A stretch of DNA of 64,000 bases, from positions 4,092,001 to 4,156,000 of the forward strand of contig OZ176054.1 in assembly GCA_964247055.1 (NCBI GenBank). The letters are read 5' to 3'. Numbering within the stretch: position 1 is the first letter of the stretch; each line of letters opens with the position of its first letter. A program made the position numbers and the translations under genes. Source of the DNA: Paragordius varius (lineage: Eukaryota; Animalia; Nematomorpha). The notes under the pieces are model-generated. The model had not been told where the DNA came from and made no database searches. It saw only the letters and a program-made list of their open reading frames with translations. Below, piece after piece: positions 26,404 through 40,552 of this stretch.

Positions 26404-28242
26404 AACCAAATGTAATGAATCCTTCACCAAAACGAGCTCATAAAATTACAGAGCAAGACAGTAATTATTTTTATTTTTTACAATATTTTAAACACTTACT
26501 ATCTAATTTGTCCATTTCAAATTTTATTATTGCATAAATATTTTTGTTTAATTTGAATTTGAAACAATTATTTCAAAAAACTTTATTAGGATTATTGATA
26601 TTCTTGTAATACAATTGAAACTTTTTAAATATGGGCCAGAAATATTAGGAAATAATGATCTTTTGTTATCATTCCTAGAGGCCCGGCTTTTTTATTAACC
26701 TATTGGCATTTATTACGGTTTATAAAGTATTGTGTTGAATCAAAATCTATTATATTTTTACTTTTAAAATTTCCCAGGAATTTATTCATACCTTAAATGT
26801 TATTTGGAAGAGTATTACTGTCAAAATTATTTCATTGCTGCGTTGAGTTAATGACGTTTGTTTCGAAATACACATTAGAAATCTTCATCGCCTTATTTGC
26901 ATTTTTTCTGAATTTAAGCAAATAAATATATCACTCTTTTTTAAATATCGCAATAGCGGATAATTAATGCACTAATATCATAGAAAAGTTAGTTATTTAA
27001 AGAAAGAATAGCATACATAAATAATTATGAGATATAAAAAACTATCTAAATAGATAACACAAATTATAAAAGTGGATAATATTGTTACAGAAAATAAACG
27101 GGTTTATTTGGCGGATAGAATAGTCAATAATTGGAAATCTGAGAAATCAATTAAAGTTTGGCAAACTTTTATCAATTTAAGCTGATTTTAAAGAGATTTA
27201 TTTTAATATACGTTTTTATTCAATTTCTAAAAAGCTGTGATAATCTGAATATTATCTATATTTAATACATATTATTACGATTTTGATAAAAGGTTATTTA
27301 ATAAAATTTAACTACAGTTTTTATTCAAATTTTAATGATAGTTTTACTGTTATAATTTGCATAAATTTTGACTTGCCAGGTAGTTATTTTTATTTTATTG
27401 AATTCGACTCTTTATAAATCTTCACATTTATTTAGAAATTTATAATATATGACACATTCCTTTATATGGTGCCTAAACATTTTTGATATAATTAATATGG
27501 CACTATGGTATCTTTCATAATGCTATTAATTATGTATTTAGATAAACTTAATAAATGAATTTTATCGATTTATGATTATAGGGCCTGCTGAATAAAAACA
27601 AGCACCTGCTGGGTAGTAGGTGCTTGATAGTATATACCATTTTTTGAAAATATATTACCTACAAATACGGCGCGTTATATATATATAATTTATATATAGA
27701 CCAATGGTTAATCTCCAATATCCAATCAAGTTCACTTCAAAATCCCCAAGAAGCATATCATAACACATCTAATCAATCATATACGGCACAACACATTGCT
27801 GCGTTTGAAAATAATCAAATTTATAATCAAAGTATGAACAATCTATTACCGTTATTATAGTGTGTTTAATAAATATAACATTTGTTCAACATCTATTTTA
27901 ATTTTTGATACAATTTATGTAAAAGATATTTTTATCTCTATGCGCATATTTACATAGTTAGAACGTCTGTAAGAATAATTCAGTTTTTAAAGTCTTTAAT
28001 AAATGCCCTAAGAGGTGTTTAATTTTTTTATTTATTTAAATATCACGAGTATTGTAAGATGTATTGTATTTAGAATAACATGTTTTTCAATGAAGAAAGG
28101 GTAAAATGGTGACTGGACTGTTATTTAAATTTTGAATATATTGATTTAAGAAAATGAACGTCAGCGCTGGAACTTTTACAATTATTTTGTTTAATATTTG
28201 ATGAGATATTTAATCCAAGTATTAGGGATCCTAATTATCATC

Positions 28243-28282
<40 letters not shown>

Positions 28283-28656
28283 CAGAAGTAATATATAATT
28301 TTTCCTTTTAAACGCTTTTCAGGTTCATATTATTTTTTTTATATGTTAAATATTTTATAATCCATAATAAACTTCAAGTGACTCTATTTATATTTTTAAC
28401 AAAAACTATTATATATATATAACATTCTATATATATATATTTATTATTTAGCCGCTAATATGGTGCTAAACGAATCTCACATTGAAAAATCCAAGTATGT
28501 TTTTTTTATTTTAAATATTAATTTTTTATAATTTATAGTGCCATTGAAGATCAACTCAATCTAAACAATATGATACCGAATGATTTTTACAGAAAGTTTG
28601 TCATATTTTTATTTTAATATATTATTTCAATACAATAATAAAGGTATAATAGGTAG
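26404..28656 (+). CDS. STAG: Putative low-complexity C-terminal exons of the STAG gene (26404-26460, 27700-27831, 28452-28494, 28539-28595, then an uncertain last exon at ~28644 or ~29254)
   Basis: A chain of GT-AG-bounded open segments is phase-compatible with the last secure exon and gives N/Q/S-rich sequence. No conserved motif confirms them. Confidence 0.4.
28245..28278. repeat. (TA)n microsatellite; similar tracts at ~16997-17025, ~31535-31563 and ~37313-37338
   Basis: Direct reading of perfect TA dinucleotide runs. Confidence 0.9.
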
Positions 28657-28770
28657 GGCGCCGGACTCTTACAGTGCGTGCCAGAGTTCCAACCCCGAAA
28701 CTACGCAATCTTCCATCATCACTGTCAGCCCTGGGCAGGCGAGTGTTAAAGCCTTCACAAGTCCGGATAC
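28655..28770. other. GC-rich, potentially structured ~115-nt element of unknown class; a partial inverted copy lies at ~51677-51750
   Basis: A GC-rich island closed by a CCGGAC...GTCCGG stem, with internal complementary segments (ACAGTG/CACTGT, TGCGT/ACGCA). About 75 nt recur reverse-complemented in the last LUC7 intron. Confidence 0.5.
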
Positions 28771-30376
28771 AAAATAAGTTCTTACCCTTTAATAAAAAAG
28801 GAAAAAATAGACTCTAAACTATATATATAAATAATCAATTACTGTTGTACCTGATTAACTATAAATCATAGTATTTCTTCGTACTCTATAAGTAAAACCA
28901 CATTTTTGTATGTTTTATATTTTTCATAAAACACAACGAATTTTAGCCAATTCGTTATTGTGTTTTAAGGATTAACTTTTACCCTAGTGCTCCAGTAAAT
29001 TTTTTGTTTTGGTCTTCTCGGATGCCCCATTTTTGGATGCTAACTAACATTAGTTGTTAAATTATATTGTCTAATTTTATACAAATGTGATTCGTTAACG
29101 CTATCTAAAATTGCATATTAAGTTGTTTATACGGTTATATAATTAAAATCGCTATTCTGTATTGTTAGTAAATTTTTATTTATTAGTTAATTTTATCAAG
29201 TTCATTTTTTTCTCTTTGTATTAAAATAATTTCACCATTTTTTAATATTCATAGTGAAATGTTGGACAATCTGACGTCATTCGTGTACAACGCTAATTTA
29301 TCTTCTAATATCAGACAAGATTTGTAAATTATTTGATTTTATAATATATATTTGAATAAATGTAGTAATGTGTTTATTTAAATAAATTACCATAGTTTGT
29401 TAAATTTGCGAAAAACTGTATCCCATATATTTGATATTTTATTTCGTCGTTTTAAACATTGTGTATCTAATATATGGTAAATCATATTTTGCTATATTTT
29501 GAAAGATTTTTTTTTAACCTAGTTTTAAATTAGGTTGTTAGCTTTGCCAAATTTTGGATAACTTGCAAATATATTAAGCCCTAATCGCCCAAAACTTTAA
29601 CTATTTTGCGCATAATATTGTGAGAATTAGGGATAAAGATGTAATTTGTTTTGACAATTTTAGGTTTTGGAAGAAAGTAAAACAAAGCTATAACACCATT
29701 ATTTTCCTTAAACATTCATGTTTATACTGATTGTATAAGTTGAACACAGGCCTTTTTATTATCAAATATGGATTGTAAAAAAATAATATTGAAAAAAACC
29801 TAAGAGTTTCGAACCGCAACAATTAACTGCTTGCCGATGTCCATTAAATTTACCCGTAAAGACTTTAATATATTTGTATAATTTAAAAATTATTTTTAAT
29901 CTGTAAGACAACGTTGGCAACCGGAAAAATAGCACTATTTTTTGAATTATCTAAAAAGCAAACTAAAAATGATTGCATCGAGCACATGACAAAACTTGAC
30001 TAGATTCTAACATCAAAATTAAAAAATATGTTGCTTTAAAATAATTTAACAAAATTTGTCGGATGATAATTTTATTTATGCTGTTAACGGTATCAAAAAA
30101 TATTTATTTTCTATATAATTTATTTTCGAGACTATATACGAAAAAAATTTGTTTGTTACCAGTTCTGATATAATTGTATACCCTTCTCATTAATACCCTT
30201 TACCTCTTTAATAATCTGTTAATAACAAGGGAAAAATCTTAAATCCATCTCAATTATAATTTACCCATGTTATGTAGCTTGATGCTGATGATGGCCACAC
30301 TAAAGAAAACCAAATCCAACCGCGTTAAAAATCGAAACCTGAACACTTATAATAAAAAAATAAAGGTGTAATATAT

Positions 30377-31530
30377 ATACCAGGTGTAGTTATAAGTTAT
30401 AACCAGTTTAACCAAGTGAAGACGTCACCGAAAAGTACTCAAATAGGTTTTACAGACCCCATTTCGCTCATTATATTAGACTACAAACTCACAATTTGAG
30501 TGCGCCAAAAGGATCTGTTTTGTGTTTATCATTTGATAAGTGTCGAATTTTGTGCCTGAAGAACAATTGGGGCATCCATTGCCATCAGCAGAAAAGGCTG
30601 TTGACTGTCATTCGCTGGTAGAAACATATGGTGACAATGCTCCATCGATTAAAACTGTTGAACAATGTTTCAAAAACGTATGTGTTTACAATGAGAAAGA
30701 AAGCGCTCACAACTGCAAGACGATAAAGCATAAAAGCTAATGATGGATTACCCAATTCTAACTCAACGGTAATTGGTAGAAACATCACATGTAGTACAAA
30801 AATAATCGATAGATACCTACCAGCAATGGGAAAGATTAATAAATTCGGGAAATAAGTCGAACACAATTTGAATAAACATGTAAGCGTAAATCGCAAAGTG
30901 TGAAATTCTGCCTCATTGTCACGAAAAGAAAGCATGCATTGAATCGGGACGGGTGATGAGAAAAAGCTTTAAATCCAAAATAAATCGTAACTTTCACCTT
31001 GCCCAGCCTGTCCGACATAATTGATGCCAAATCGTTTCAGCAAGAAGACCGTACTATGTGAAATTTAAGACCAGGACGATATTGTATAATGAACTTTTGA
31101 AAATCGGGGAAACCGTTAATGCACATGTCTATCGCCAAAAAATGACTAATTTAAAGTATGCATTAATCGAAAAACGACCGGATTTGGCCAGAATGTAGGG
31201 CAAAGAGATTTTGCTTCATGTCAGTGCTCCGTCTTTTACAGCAAAGTTAGTGAAAAACACCTAGAAATTGCCTCGATAAGAAATTCTTTCGCAACCGCTG
31301 AACTGACCTGGAACTATCGGACTAATACAACTTTGCATCAATAAGGCTAAAGCTAGACTTTAATAGTTTTGAAGACTGTGGAAAATAGCTTTTTGAACGA
31401 TTTTTTACAAAAAACACTCAGTCTCTTTGTCACGGCATTATATTACCGAAATGAATGTGTAGAATATTTTGGATAAAATAAGTAATTAATTTCCTTTCAA
31501 AGATACAAGGCTTATGAAAACACCAAGTGC
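30377..31530 (+). mobile_element. Decayed mariner (Tc1/mariner) element
   Basis: Left end is TA|CCAGGTGT, typical of mariner TIRs. Fragments ETYGDNAPSIKTVEQCFK and SITCSTKIIDRYLPAMGKI, plus relics of the DEK-I and SPDL-PSDY regions, are broken by many stops and frameshifts. Confidence 0.75.
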
Positions 31531-31567
<37 letters not shown>

Positions 31568-32446
31568 TCTATATCGTAAAACAAATTAATAATAAATTTA
31601 ATAATTTGTAATATGGCTTTAAGGCAAGGTAATTTTTGATTATTTAAGTTATAAATTAAAGTGCAACGTTTGTATTATTTATTGTCATGTTTGTACCCGT
31701 CCATTATAGAAAAATTCTCTTGAAATAAAGGCGAAAGCTGTGATTACGCACTGAAAATTTACTGCCATATTTTGACATCAAAAAGTGTTTTTCCCGAAAA
31801 ATGGATATTTTTCTTATAAATTTAAGTTACAACGAATTGTTGAAACGTTTCATTTTATTTTAAGGCATGATGCAAACGGTATAAAACCGCTCTAAAATAA
31901 AAACACCTTTTCTAGATAATTCAATGATGCTCAACATTTCTATAAGCTCAGAATATTGATGAAATTCATTCTTTTTCAGATTTATTTATTGTATTTTTTT
32001 TCAATAAAAGTAAAAAGACGAACCTTAAAAGGAATGGCGAATACCAGATTTTTGATTTAAAAACTGCGCATTAAAACGGATATAAAAAAGAGTTTAAATA
32101 AAACAAGCATTTTATTTTAATAAATCATTTATCAAAATATTTATATATATTTTTAAACATGTAGTTTTAGCATAGTATTTATCTGCAAAAAACTCATTCT
32201 TTGAATTAAAATCAAAAGAAGGTTAGAATGGCTGGATGCTTGAAAACATAACTTATTAAAATCTCATATTATAGAAATATATTTGTAAAATATTTAGTCA
32301 CCATGCAGGAAAGAGAAAAATATAGTGATCAATTACCAACAATATAGAGTTTCTAACTATTCTAATTTATGCTTGAGTTGAACCCGATGTCGCAATCATC
32401 GCATAACCCTTAACATCATCATGAATCCATCATATCGTTGTTTCGT

Positions 32447-35400
32447 ATGATCGTCATATTGATTTTTTTAACTATCTTAGGTAATGTAAATAATCAAAAA
32501 ATTAAGCCATTGAAGTTTTTACTCTTTAATTTTATAGAGTTCAAGAATGGGCCGAAAATTTTGGAGCAGAGTTGTATAAATTTTTCAATCAAATTTCTTA
32601 CATGGATAAAATTACAGAAGTAATATTAAATTTAATTTAGAATTTTAAAAATACGGGCGCCTATCTTGTGAAATTAAACGGTACGGATATTGTGGAAAAA
32701 ATGGCCTTTCAAATTGAAAATATGTTGCAATTAAAGGTTGAGTCCGTTAAAGTTTACAATATATTTATCATTTAAAGAGATTGGTTGATACGGCTGAAGA
32801 GGCATTTAAGGAGCATCCATTTAATAAAAACATTAATGTAAGGTAAAATCTTTATTTAGATTTCTTATTACAATGCCAAAGATATTGTTTCTATCGATGA
32901 TGTGCAAGAATCGGATAATTCAAAAAAATCTATGATTTTCAAACCTCATGAACAATTTGATAATATTCCGGTTAATTTAACGTACAGTACCATACATGTC
33001 CCCACAAATGTGTATAATAGGGGTATAATTAATTATTAATAATAATAATAGATATCCAAGTTTTGAATGATATCCTTTGGTCAGAAAAATTAAACAGGGT
33101 TTTCATCAATAACTACGAGTTAGATAGGACTTTAATGTGGCAATATTTTGGAAGTGAAACTGGATTTTTTAGATTGTATCCTGGTATAATTATATTTTTT
33201 TATATCAGGCATTAAATGGGAATTGGATAAGTCAAACATTGATTTGTATGACTGTCGCGTCAAGGATTGGTAAAAATTTTTATTCTATAAATCTATAAAA
33301 ATGGCAATAATAGCGATTTTTATGATCAAAAAAATTAAATTGTTCAGAAATTTTTAAATGCAATGTCAGAAATATTTCTTTAAAATTTTTATGCTGATAC
33401 ATAGTTTTAATTATAAAAACTTATACCAATCATAAAACGACTCAATTATAGAATAATGATTTTTCTGCTTTGAACAAACCACCGTTACTTAAAAATATGT
33501 GAACCAGTTTTTGTAAAAATAATAATTACATGGTTGTCAACGTCATAGTTAATATAATTATATATATATTAAACACTACGATAGGGATATGATTAATTAT
33601 ATGAAAATTTTCAATTTAGGCGATTTTAAAGGATTTGTGTTTTCGACCTAATATTCAAAAAGTATAATAAAATGATAGCTACCTCTTTCCCTATATTTAA
33701 TTGACAAATATAAAAATCTAAAATATATTAAAATCAAAATACATCAAATATGAAATTTATTTGCCGTTTATTTGTTGATTATTTATTTGTATATATATAT
33801 ATATAAATATATCCTCATTACTGTCGGAACCGGAATCTCTTTTAGTTCCTTTATACACAAAAATTTTACTGAAAAACAATTTTTAAACGGTTCCTCCATT
33901 ATTTCTGTTGAAAAAATGGTACTAGTTCCATTTGTTAAAAAAGATCCAATTTTTGTTGGTATTCTATTTCATTTTTTTGAATAAATATCTAAAAAATTAA
34001 CAAATAAATTGTTGAGCATAATCCAAACGTTTGAAATAGGAAAATTGAGATAATACAAAATGCTAAGATATGCATAATTGATTTTAAAAAAATAAAATAA
34101 AAGACCAAAAATATATTTTGTAAACCTAGCGGTTTCGGTTTCAATCCCCAGGTGATAACTTCAATCCGATAACACGCATTTGTTTTAACTTTGAATATAT
34201 TAAGCAGTATATTTCCAATTATCACAACTTTTATCACACATCCAAATGTCTGATTTTACTCTCGTTAATATTGCATATTTTGTAATGAAAAGCAAAAATA
34301 TAAATTTTATAAACTAAATCAATGCAATGTTTTTAACTGATAACCATATTAATTAGGTATATTCAAGCAGCCACCTCACCCAAAGACTTAATTATCCTGA
34401 TTGATGGTTCTGGAAGTATGACGGGTCTAAGGATCGAAATCGCTAAATTAACCGTAGAAACTATTATGAATACGTTGAGTGATGACGATTTCTTTAACGT
34501 TGTCCTATTCACGGGTGAAACGATATTTGTCGAAAATTGTTTTAATGAAACACTCGTCCAGGGCAATGAAGACAATAAAAATGTATGTTTTAATCTATTT
34601 GTAAATCGAGGGCAAACCTAAATTTTTTTTTGATAATCTATCACTATACATATAAATTATACCAAAAAACCTTGCATTACCTAATTAGGGCATTTTAAAT
34701 TATAAATTGATTATGGTTAAATAGTAATTATATATTTTTATTTTACAGATAGAAATCGGCAGTATAGCCAAATATTTAACAAATCTCTTAAAATTGAAAA
34801 ATTGTTTAGATCTCCTTTTTCATGATTTTTAGCAAAATAATCTTATTTGCTATTTACCTAATTACATTTTATAAATACTAGTTAATTAAAGATAAATTGG
34901 ATTCAATTTACACGAAAGAAATTGCAAGATTTGACATTGCCTTACAAAAATCATTTGAACTTTTGACTCAGGTATGAGGTTTTACATAAACTTTTAGATT
35001 AGAAAGTCGGATAAAGGATCACACTGTAATCAAGCTATAATGATAGTTACCGACGGGGCACCAAATAATTTTGATGAGTTATTCAAAAAATATAACCCTG
35101 AAAAACGAGTTGATTGATATTTAATTTTATATAAAAGGTCCGAATTTTTACCTACCTTATTGGGAGAGAAGCGGCCGATACCAATGGGTATTTGAAGCAT
35201 ATGTCATGTAACAATAAAGGTTTTTTCAATATAAATTTTCGTAAAATAATTGCTAAAAATGATTGATAGATCAAATAATATGTGTGACAAATTTTTTTTT
35301 AATAAAATAGGATTTTATGCCCATATCGCTACACTTGCTGATGTTCAAGAAAATGTACAGGTTCGATCATAGTTAATTTGCTAGGAATATATTAAAGTTA

Positions 35401-38400
35401 TTAGTCGTCCTATGGTCATTGAACAAGAGCATGTTACAATTTGGACAGGAATATATCATACGAAAGCGGATCCAAAAACTAGAAATTGGTTAAATTTATT
35501 AGAATCCGAATCCGAAAATGATATGGATGTAAGCAATTTATTGTACTCTTTGCTCTTTAGTCAACATTTGTTTTTTTAAATAAATTCGAATTTCTGCTTT
35601 AAATTATTTTTCTTTTAACTGCTAGTCCGATTTAAAATTTATATTATTATGGAGAATCAGTAATTTTAATTGGGAAAATTTTGTATTTAAGTCTAAATTT
35701 AAAATATTGTTTCAAGCATTCAATTCAATTTATCCTGGCATTTTAATTATATATATCTTTAGACTATCCGATTAATGACATCAGTGGCTCAGCCAGTGTT
35801 TGATCGAAAAAATGCAACGTTGGGTGAAGGAAATTTGCTTGGTGTAATGGGGACTGATGTTCCTATTGAAGAAATTATCAAACTTACCCCACAATATAAG
35901 GTTATGACTGAGTTTTTAGTAGCCAGAATCTATTAAACTTTTTTTGTTTAACCCTTTTTTCTTTCTTTTAATGCATAAATACTTTTTTGTGCCATAAATA
36001 AAATAAATCTCATTCATTTATATTTTTTCTGCTTAAATTATATGGTATTTAAAATTAATTAGTTGAAAAACTATTAAAAAAATAACTACTGAAATCGTTC
36101 ATAGTTTTATACTTGAACCATTTAAAATAGAAGTTTTTTTCATAATATATATATATCAATATAATTGCTTATTTTTTTTGTTGATTGAGTGCGTGACGCA
36201 AACGTTTTTATGCTGAAAAAGTAGAAGATATTTGAATTTAAAATATTAATTTTTTGTAAAATTTTTTGTGTCCCGTGTTCTTCACAAATGAAAATGGTAA
36301 AAATGGAAACTTTTGGCGTTCGATATTAAACTTTTTATAAAAGAATTATTTATATTTTAAAATTTTTCGCATATATAGTTAGGTGCTAATGGTTATCCAT
36401 TTGCCATCACAAACAATGGTTATATATTGTTTCATCCGGACCTTAGACCCATGTATGGGAAACAGACTAAACCTAATTATAACAGTATTGATTTGGCTGA
36501 AGTTGAATTCTCCGATCAAGAAAATCCGACGGGAAAAAATTATGTAATGAAATTGCGTAAAGATATGATTGATCAAAAATCTGGTAATTGTACCATGGTA
36601 GTTAAAATGGCTTACGATTCTATGGTATATTTTGCATTAATATTTATTTTCTTGAAATCGTTTTTAATTATAATAATGTAATGTTTTTGAAATCTAAATT
36701 ATGCTACAATTTATTTGTTCACTTTTAATGCAAAAAAATAAATAATATAAATTAATGTTGCCATGTTTTGGGGTATTTGACTACGTACAAAGTATTATTT
36801 TATGTTATAAACAATTTTTACCTTGCTTATTGTTTATTAACCATTTTTTACGATATATTTGTTTTATATCTCACATTTATACTGTATAAAATTTATATAT
36901 TATTGTGCTAGCGACGAGTTTATGTACGAAGGAATTATTATTATTACATAACCTTGCAAAGGACACCATTTAGTTTGGGCATATCCATCCCCGAAAATGG
37001 TTTTTTACTTGTATTTTTATATTAAAGGCTTGTATACCGTTAAAAGTCGATTAAATATTGCCGATTTCGATTTGCGTGATTTATCTGGTACGGGGTGGAA
37101 AGTTATACCAGATTGGGTTTATTGTCGACTACCAAACGAAGAGAATAAATTGAATGATCCTGAACGAATGATTAAATATATTAAGTTAGCAATTGCTGCA
37201 CAAAAAACAGCTAAAGAAAAGTTCCAAGATGAATTCCGATTGTTTACTGAAAATTGTATGTTACACACCTCTATTTTATCATTTTTTATGTTTCCTCATG
37301 CAATATAATGCAATATATATATATATATATATATATATGTAAATGAAAATAGGCGATGCAGAGTTAATATCTAGTTTTGCATTTGATGCCAAAACAACTT
37401 CGACCGTAGTATCAGATTGGGAAAGTCAAAAAGATTATGCAATCCTTAATGGTGTAGTATCAATATTTTTGGGAACTCGCTCTGGGTTAACCCGTTTTCT
37501 CCACATCAATGCTAAAAGTTTACATATTTATATACTTATTCAATATTAGATATATTTTTATGGCAAATTAAAAACTACCTTTTTCGAATAGATTCTAACA
37601 GCACATACCCGCCTGATAATTACATAGACAAGCATATAAAAACTTTAGAAGAATTATATTACAAACGAGCCGATGATTCTGGATCAGGCATTCTCGTTAT
37701 ATCTGTGGATCACAATAATTACCCCGATAACACCTTTGCAAAAGTTTATTTGCCAGAGGATATTAAAGGTTTTATTCAACAATCACATAAATAATTTCTC
37801 TAAAGTTCCCAATTAATATCCATTTTTACTGATTTTACATCATTTTTTTATAATCACCAAATTTCTTTTTTAGATTTAGATGAAGTTACATCTATTAATG
37901 TTACCGGATTCATATCCTCAGATAGTGCAACGCCACTGAATCCTATGGAAGTATTTATTTAAAATATGAAAATTTTTTAATATGGCCAATGGGCGTTTTA
38001 TATTTATGAATGCTCGATAATTTACGACAAATTACAATATATATTGATTATATCTTTTCTAACTAAACAGGATATGATAATTGGCCAAGAAGACACTAAG
38101 TTTTCTAATGCATCAAGCTATGAGAATATGTTTATAACTACCAGTTCAGCAATAGTTATAACTAATCCGAATAACGAAGCAAAAGCAACTACGGCTGTCA
38201 TTGGGGCCCGAATCAAATTGGAGAGTCTTGCGAATTTGTTTTACAAAACTTCTACCGTCGATTGCTTTCAAAATGGCACTATATGTTATTTATTGGATGA
38301 ACATGCTTATGTTATACTAACTTCCAAAATGGATCCCAGACATGTTGGAAAATTTTTTGGTCAAATTGATGGCCGTATTATGTTAACTTTGGCCGATCAT

Positions 38401-39445
38401 GTTTATAAGAGGTATTCAGTGAATTTTAATTTGATTTTTTAGGATAGAATTATTCGATTTCCAAGCCATGTGTGAATCCAAAGTCTCCCTATTTAGCTCT
38501 GCATTTCTCAACAGCAAAGTTATAGCTTTTATTATGCAACGTTTGTTGTTTGCAATAAAATTGCTTTTCGCATTTATACAAGAATCTCCATTTAAGCCTT
38601 TTGCCGTTATATCTACTTACTTTGTGAAGACTGAGGCCAAGCTTTTTTCGAATGTTACATCTTCCTTCTTTAGTCGTCTATATAAATCCTCTATCAAAAG
38701 TGATGATGTGGAAAATCCTTATGACATTAAAACATTCAAAGCTCCACATCATTGCCAAAAACGTTTTCATCTTTTTAAATTAAATCGGGATTTGCTTGCA
38801 AATGAGGTATTTTTAGCATTATAATTTATCGCTAATAGCAATTGTTTTTTCATTGATAATACACTTTCTTTCATATAATAGGGTCCGGTTTCCTTAATTG
38901 CTAATTGTGGAGGCACTGCAGCATTTTCCGATGCATCTGGGCTGTATGAAAAACTAAGATTCTGTGGTAAACCATTTACTGTTAGCCTTGTTTCGCACAC
39001 TAACCTAGTATTGGTGGTTGCGCGAAAGGCACATTCTGGTCTCTTTGATTCCGATGACAATAACAAGGATATGGAACAAACGGCGGCATCAGATGAATAC
39101 TCGAAAATCAAGTACATTTGTTCGCTGTGTGACGACTTAAATTTCAATTATCAGCCTCGGAGTGTTTCTCTTACACATAGAGAAGTGTCCGATGAAAATG
39201 ATTCCCCCGAATCATCTTACGTCCCTCCAACATTGTTTGAAGATAATGCCCAAGTAACTCCTCAACCAGTTACACCAAAAAATAAGTGCTTTCGCTTAAA
39301 AAAAGATGTGTATCGCTATAGACCAACAACTTGTTACTCCTTCAATAAATTTGAGAATTCGACCATATGTGGGTCAGCTTATATCATTAAAAACCATGTA
39401 ACATTCATGTTATTTTCCTTTGTATGTTGTTTATTAATGTTATAA
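32447..39445 (+). CDS. CACNA2D: Voltage-gated calcium channel auxiliary subunit alpha2/delta (alpha2delta-3/4-like); ~22 exons, 11 introns of 21-31 nt
   Basis: Signal peptide [12 protein letters not shown]; motifs [46 protein letters not shown]; VWA domain DGSGS...[11 protein letters not shown]...[11 protein letters not shown]; Cache domains ([58 protein letters not shown]); C-terminal CGSA followed by a hydrophobic tail (GPI signal) ending at TAA 39445. Confidence 0.93.
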
Positions 39446-39752
39446 AGTGCAATCATTTACATTAATGCAAATCAATGTGATAATACCTTTATTAGAAAAT
39501 TTATTGTATATAGTGTCGCTAGCTTTGTAATAAATTATTATAACAACTTTACGTTATTTTGTACCCTGTGCTATATAAAACAATATATTTATCTATTTTA
39601 CACGATATTATGGGTGCGTTAAAATAATTTTAATGTATCTGCCATTAAAACAACTAACATTTATAAAAATTTATTTTATTTTGACCAATAAATATATTGA
39701 AATTGAACAATTGTCTGCTTTGAAAATGCATTTCCAAATTTAATTTTGACAC

Positions 39753-40552
39753 CAGGGGTGGCCAACCTTTGTTCCCACCGGCTACTTTTTTGAGAAAAAA
39801 TTTCACGCAGGAAATCAGAATAGGTAATAAGAGATACATTTATCACTCTAACACAGATTATATATCTCTATATACGGATTGGGGTGACTAGCACAGGCCA
39901 TTTTAAAATAAATATTACAAAAATAATTATTTTTGACTAGATATTTTTATATAGAATCTTAATTTTATCAAAATACTATTGCGATGATTCAGAAGACCTC
40001 TGTTTGCCATAATCAGAAGGCTAAAAATATCATTCAATTTATTAGATTTACAATAATTAACTGTAAATCTTGCGACGGAGTCTAGATGATAGTAAAAAAT
40101 GATTTGTAGCTCTTGGCAGAGATCTTTATAATTTACCAGATTTTATGGATAACTGCATGCCAGGCTTTAAATAATGGGCATATGCTTCAAGATAGTAAAT
40201 TCCATCAAATCGAAAAAAGTATCGTGCCGCAATTTTTTACAGACCTAAGATGGTTAAGTCGTGCTGTATTTTTAGAAAGATTAAGACAATTTTTAATAAT
40301 ACAAATATAATTACGGAGGAAAAATTATTCATATCCACAATTAAAAGATCTAAAATCGCTTCTTAATTTAGCTTTTTTATGCATTATCTCAGAAAAATTG
40401 CACGTTGCAAATCAATTACAGTAAATAAATAATTTTGTGAAAAAAAATCCACAAAAATATTTTTTTATTTTTTAAAAAATTTTCAGGCGAGCACGTTTTG
40501 GAATTTCGCGGGCACGAAATCGACCGCGGTTTACCGTATTTGGCCACTCCTG
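39753..40552 (+). mobile_element. hAT (Charlie/Buster-like) internally deleted element
   Basis: TIRs CAGGGGTGGCCAA / TTGGCCACTCCTG, decayed 8-bp TSD (tttgacac / atatacac), and transposase relics LRWLSRAVFLER and LNLAFLCII. Confidence 0.8.

Noticed and set aside
28655-28770. Assignment as a hammerhead, twister, snoRNA or snRNA
   Set aside because: There is no CUGANGA...GAAA core, the twister-like pieces are in the wrong order, the C/D boxes are not terminally placed, and no Sm site or snRNA signature is present. It is kept only as unclassified.
29254-30330. Further possible STAG terminal exons (~29254-29323 and ~30278-30330)
   Set aside because: The splice phases are ambiguous and no conserved sequence supports them; cDNA is needed.
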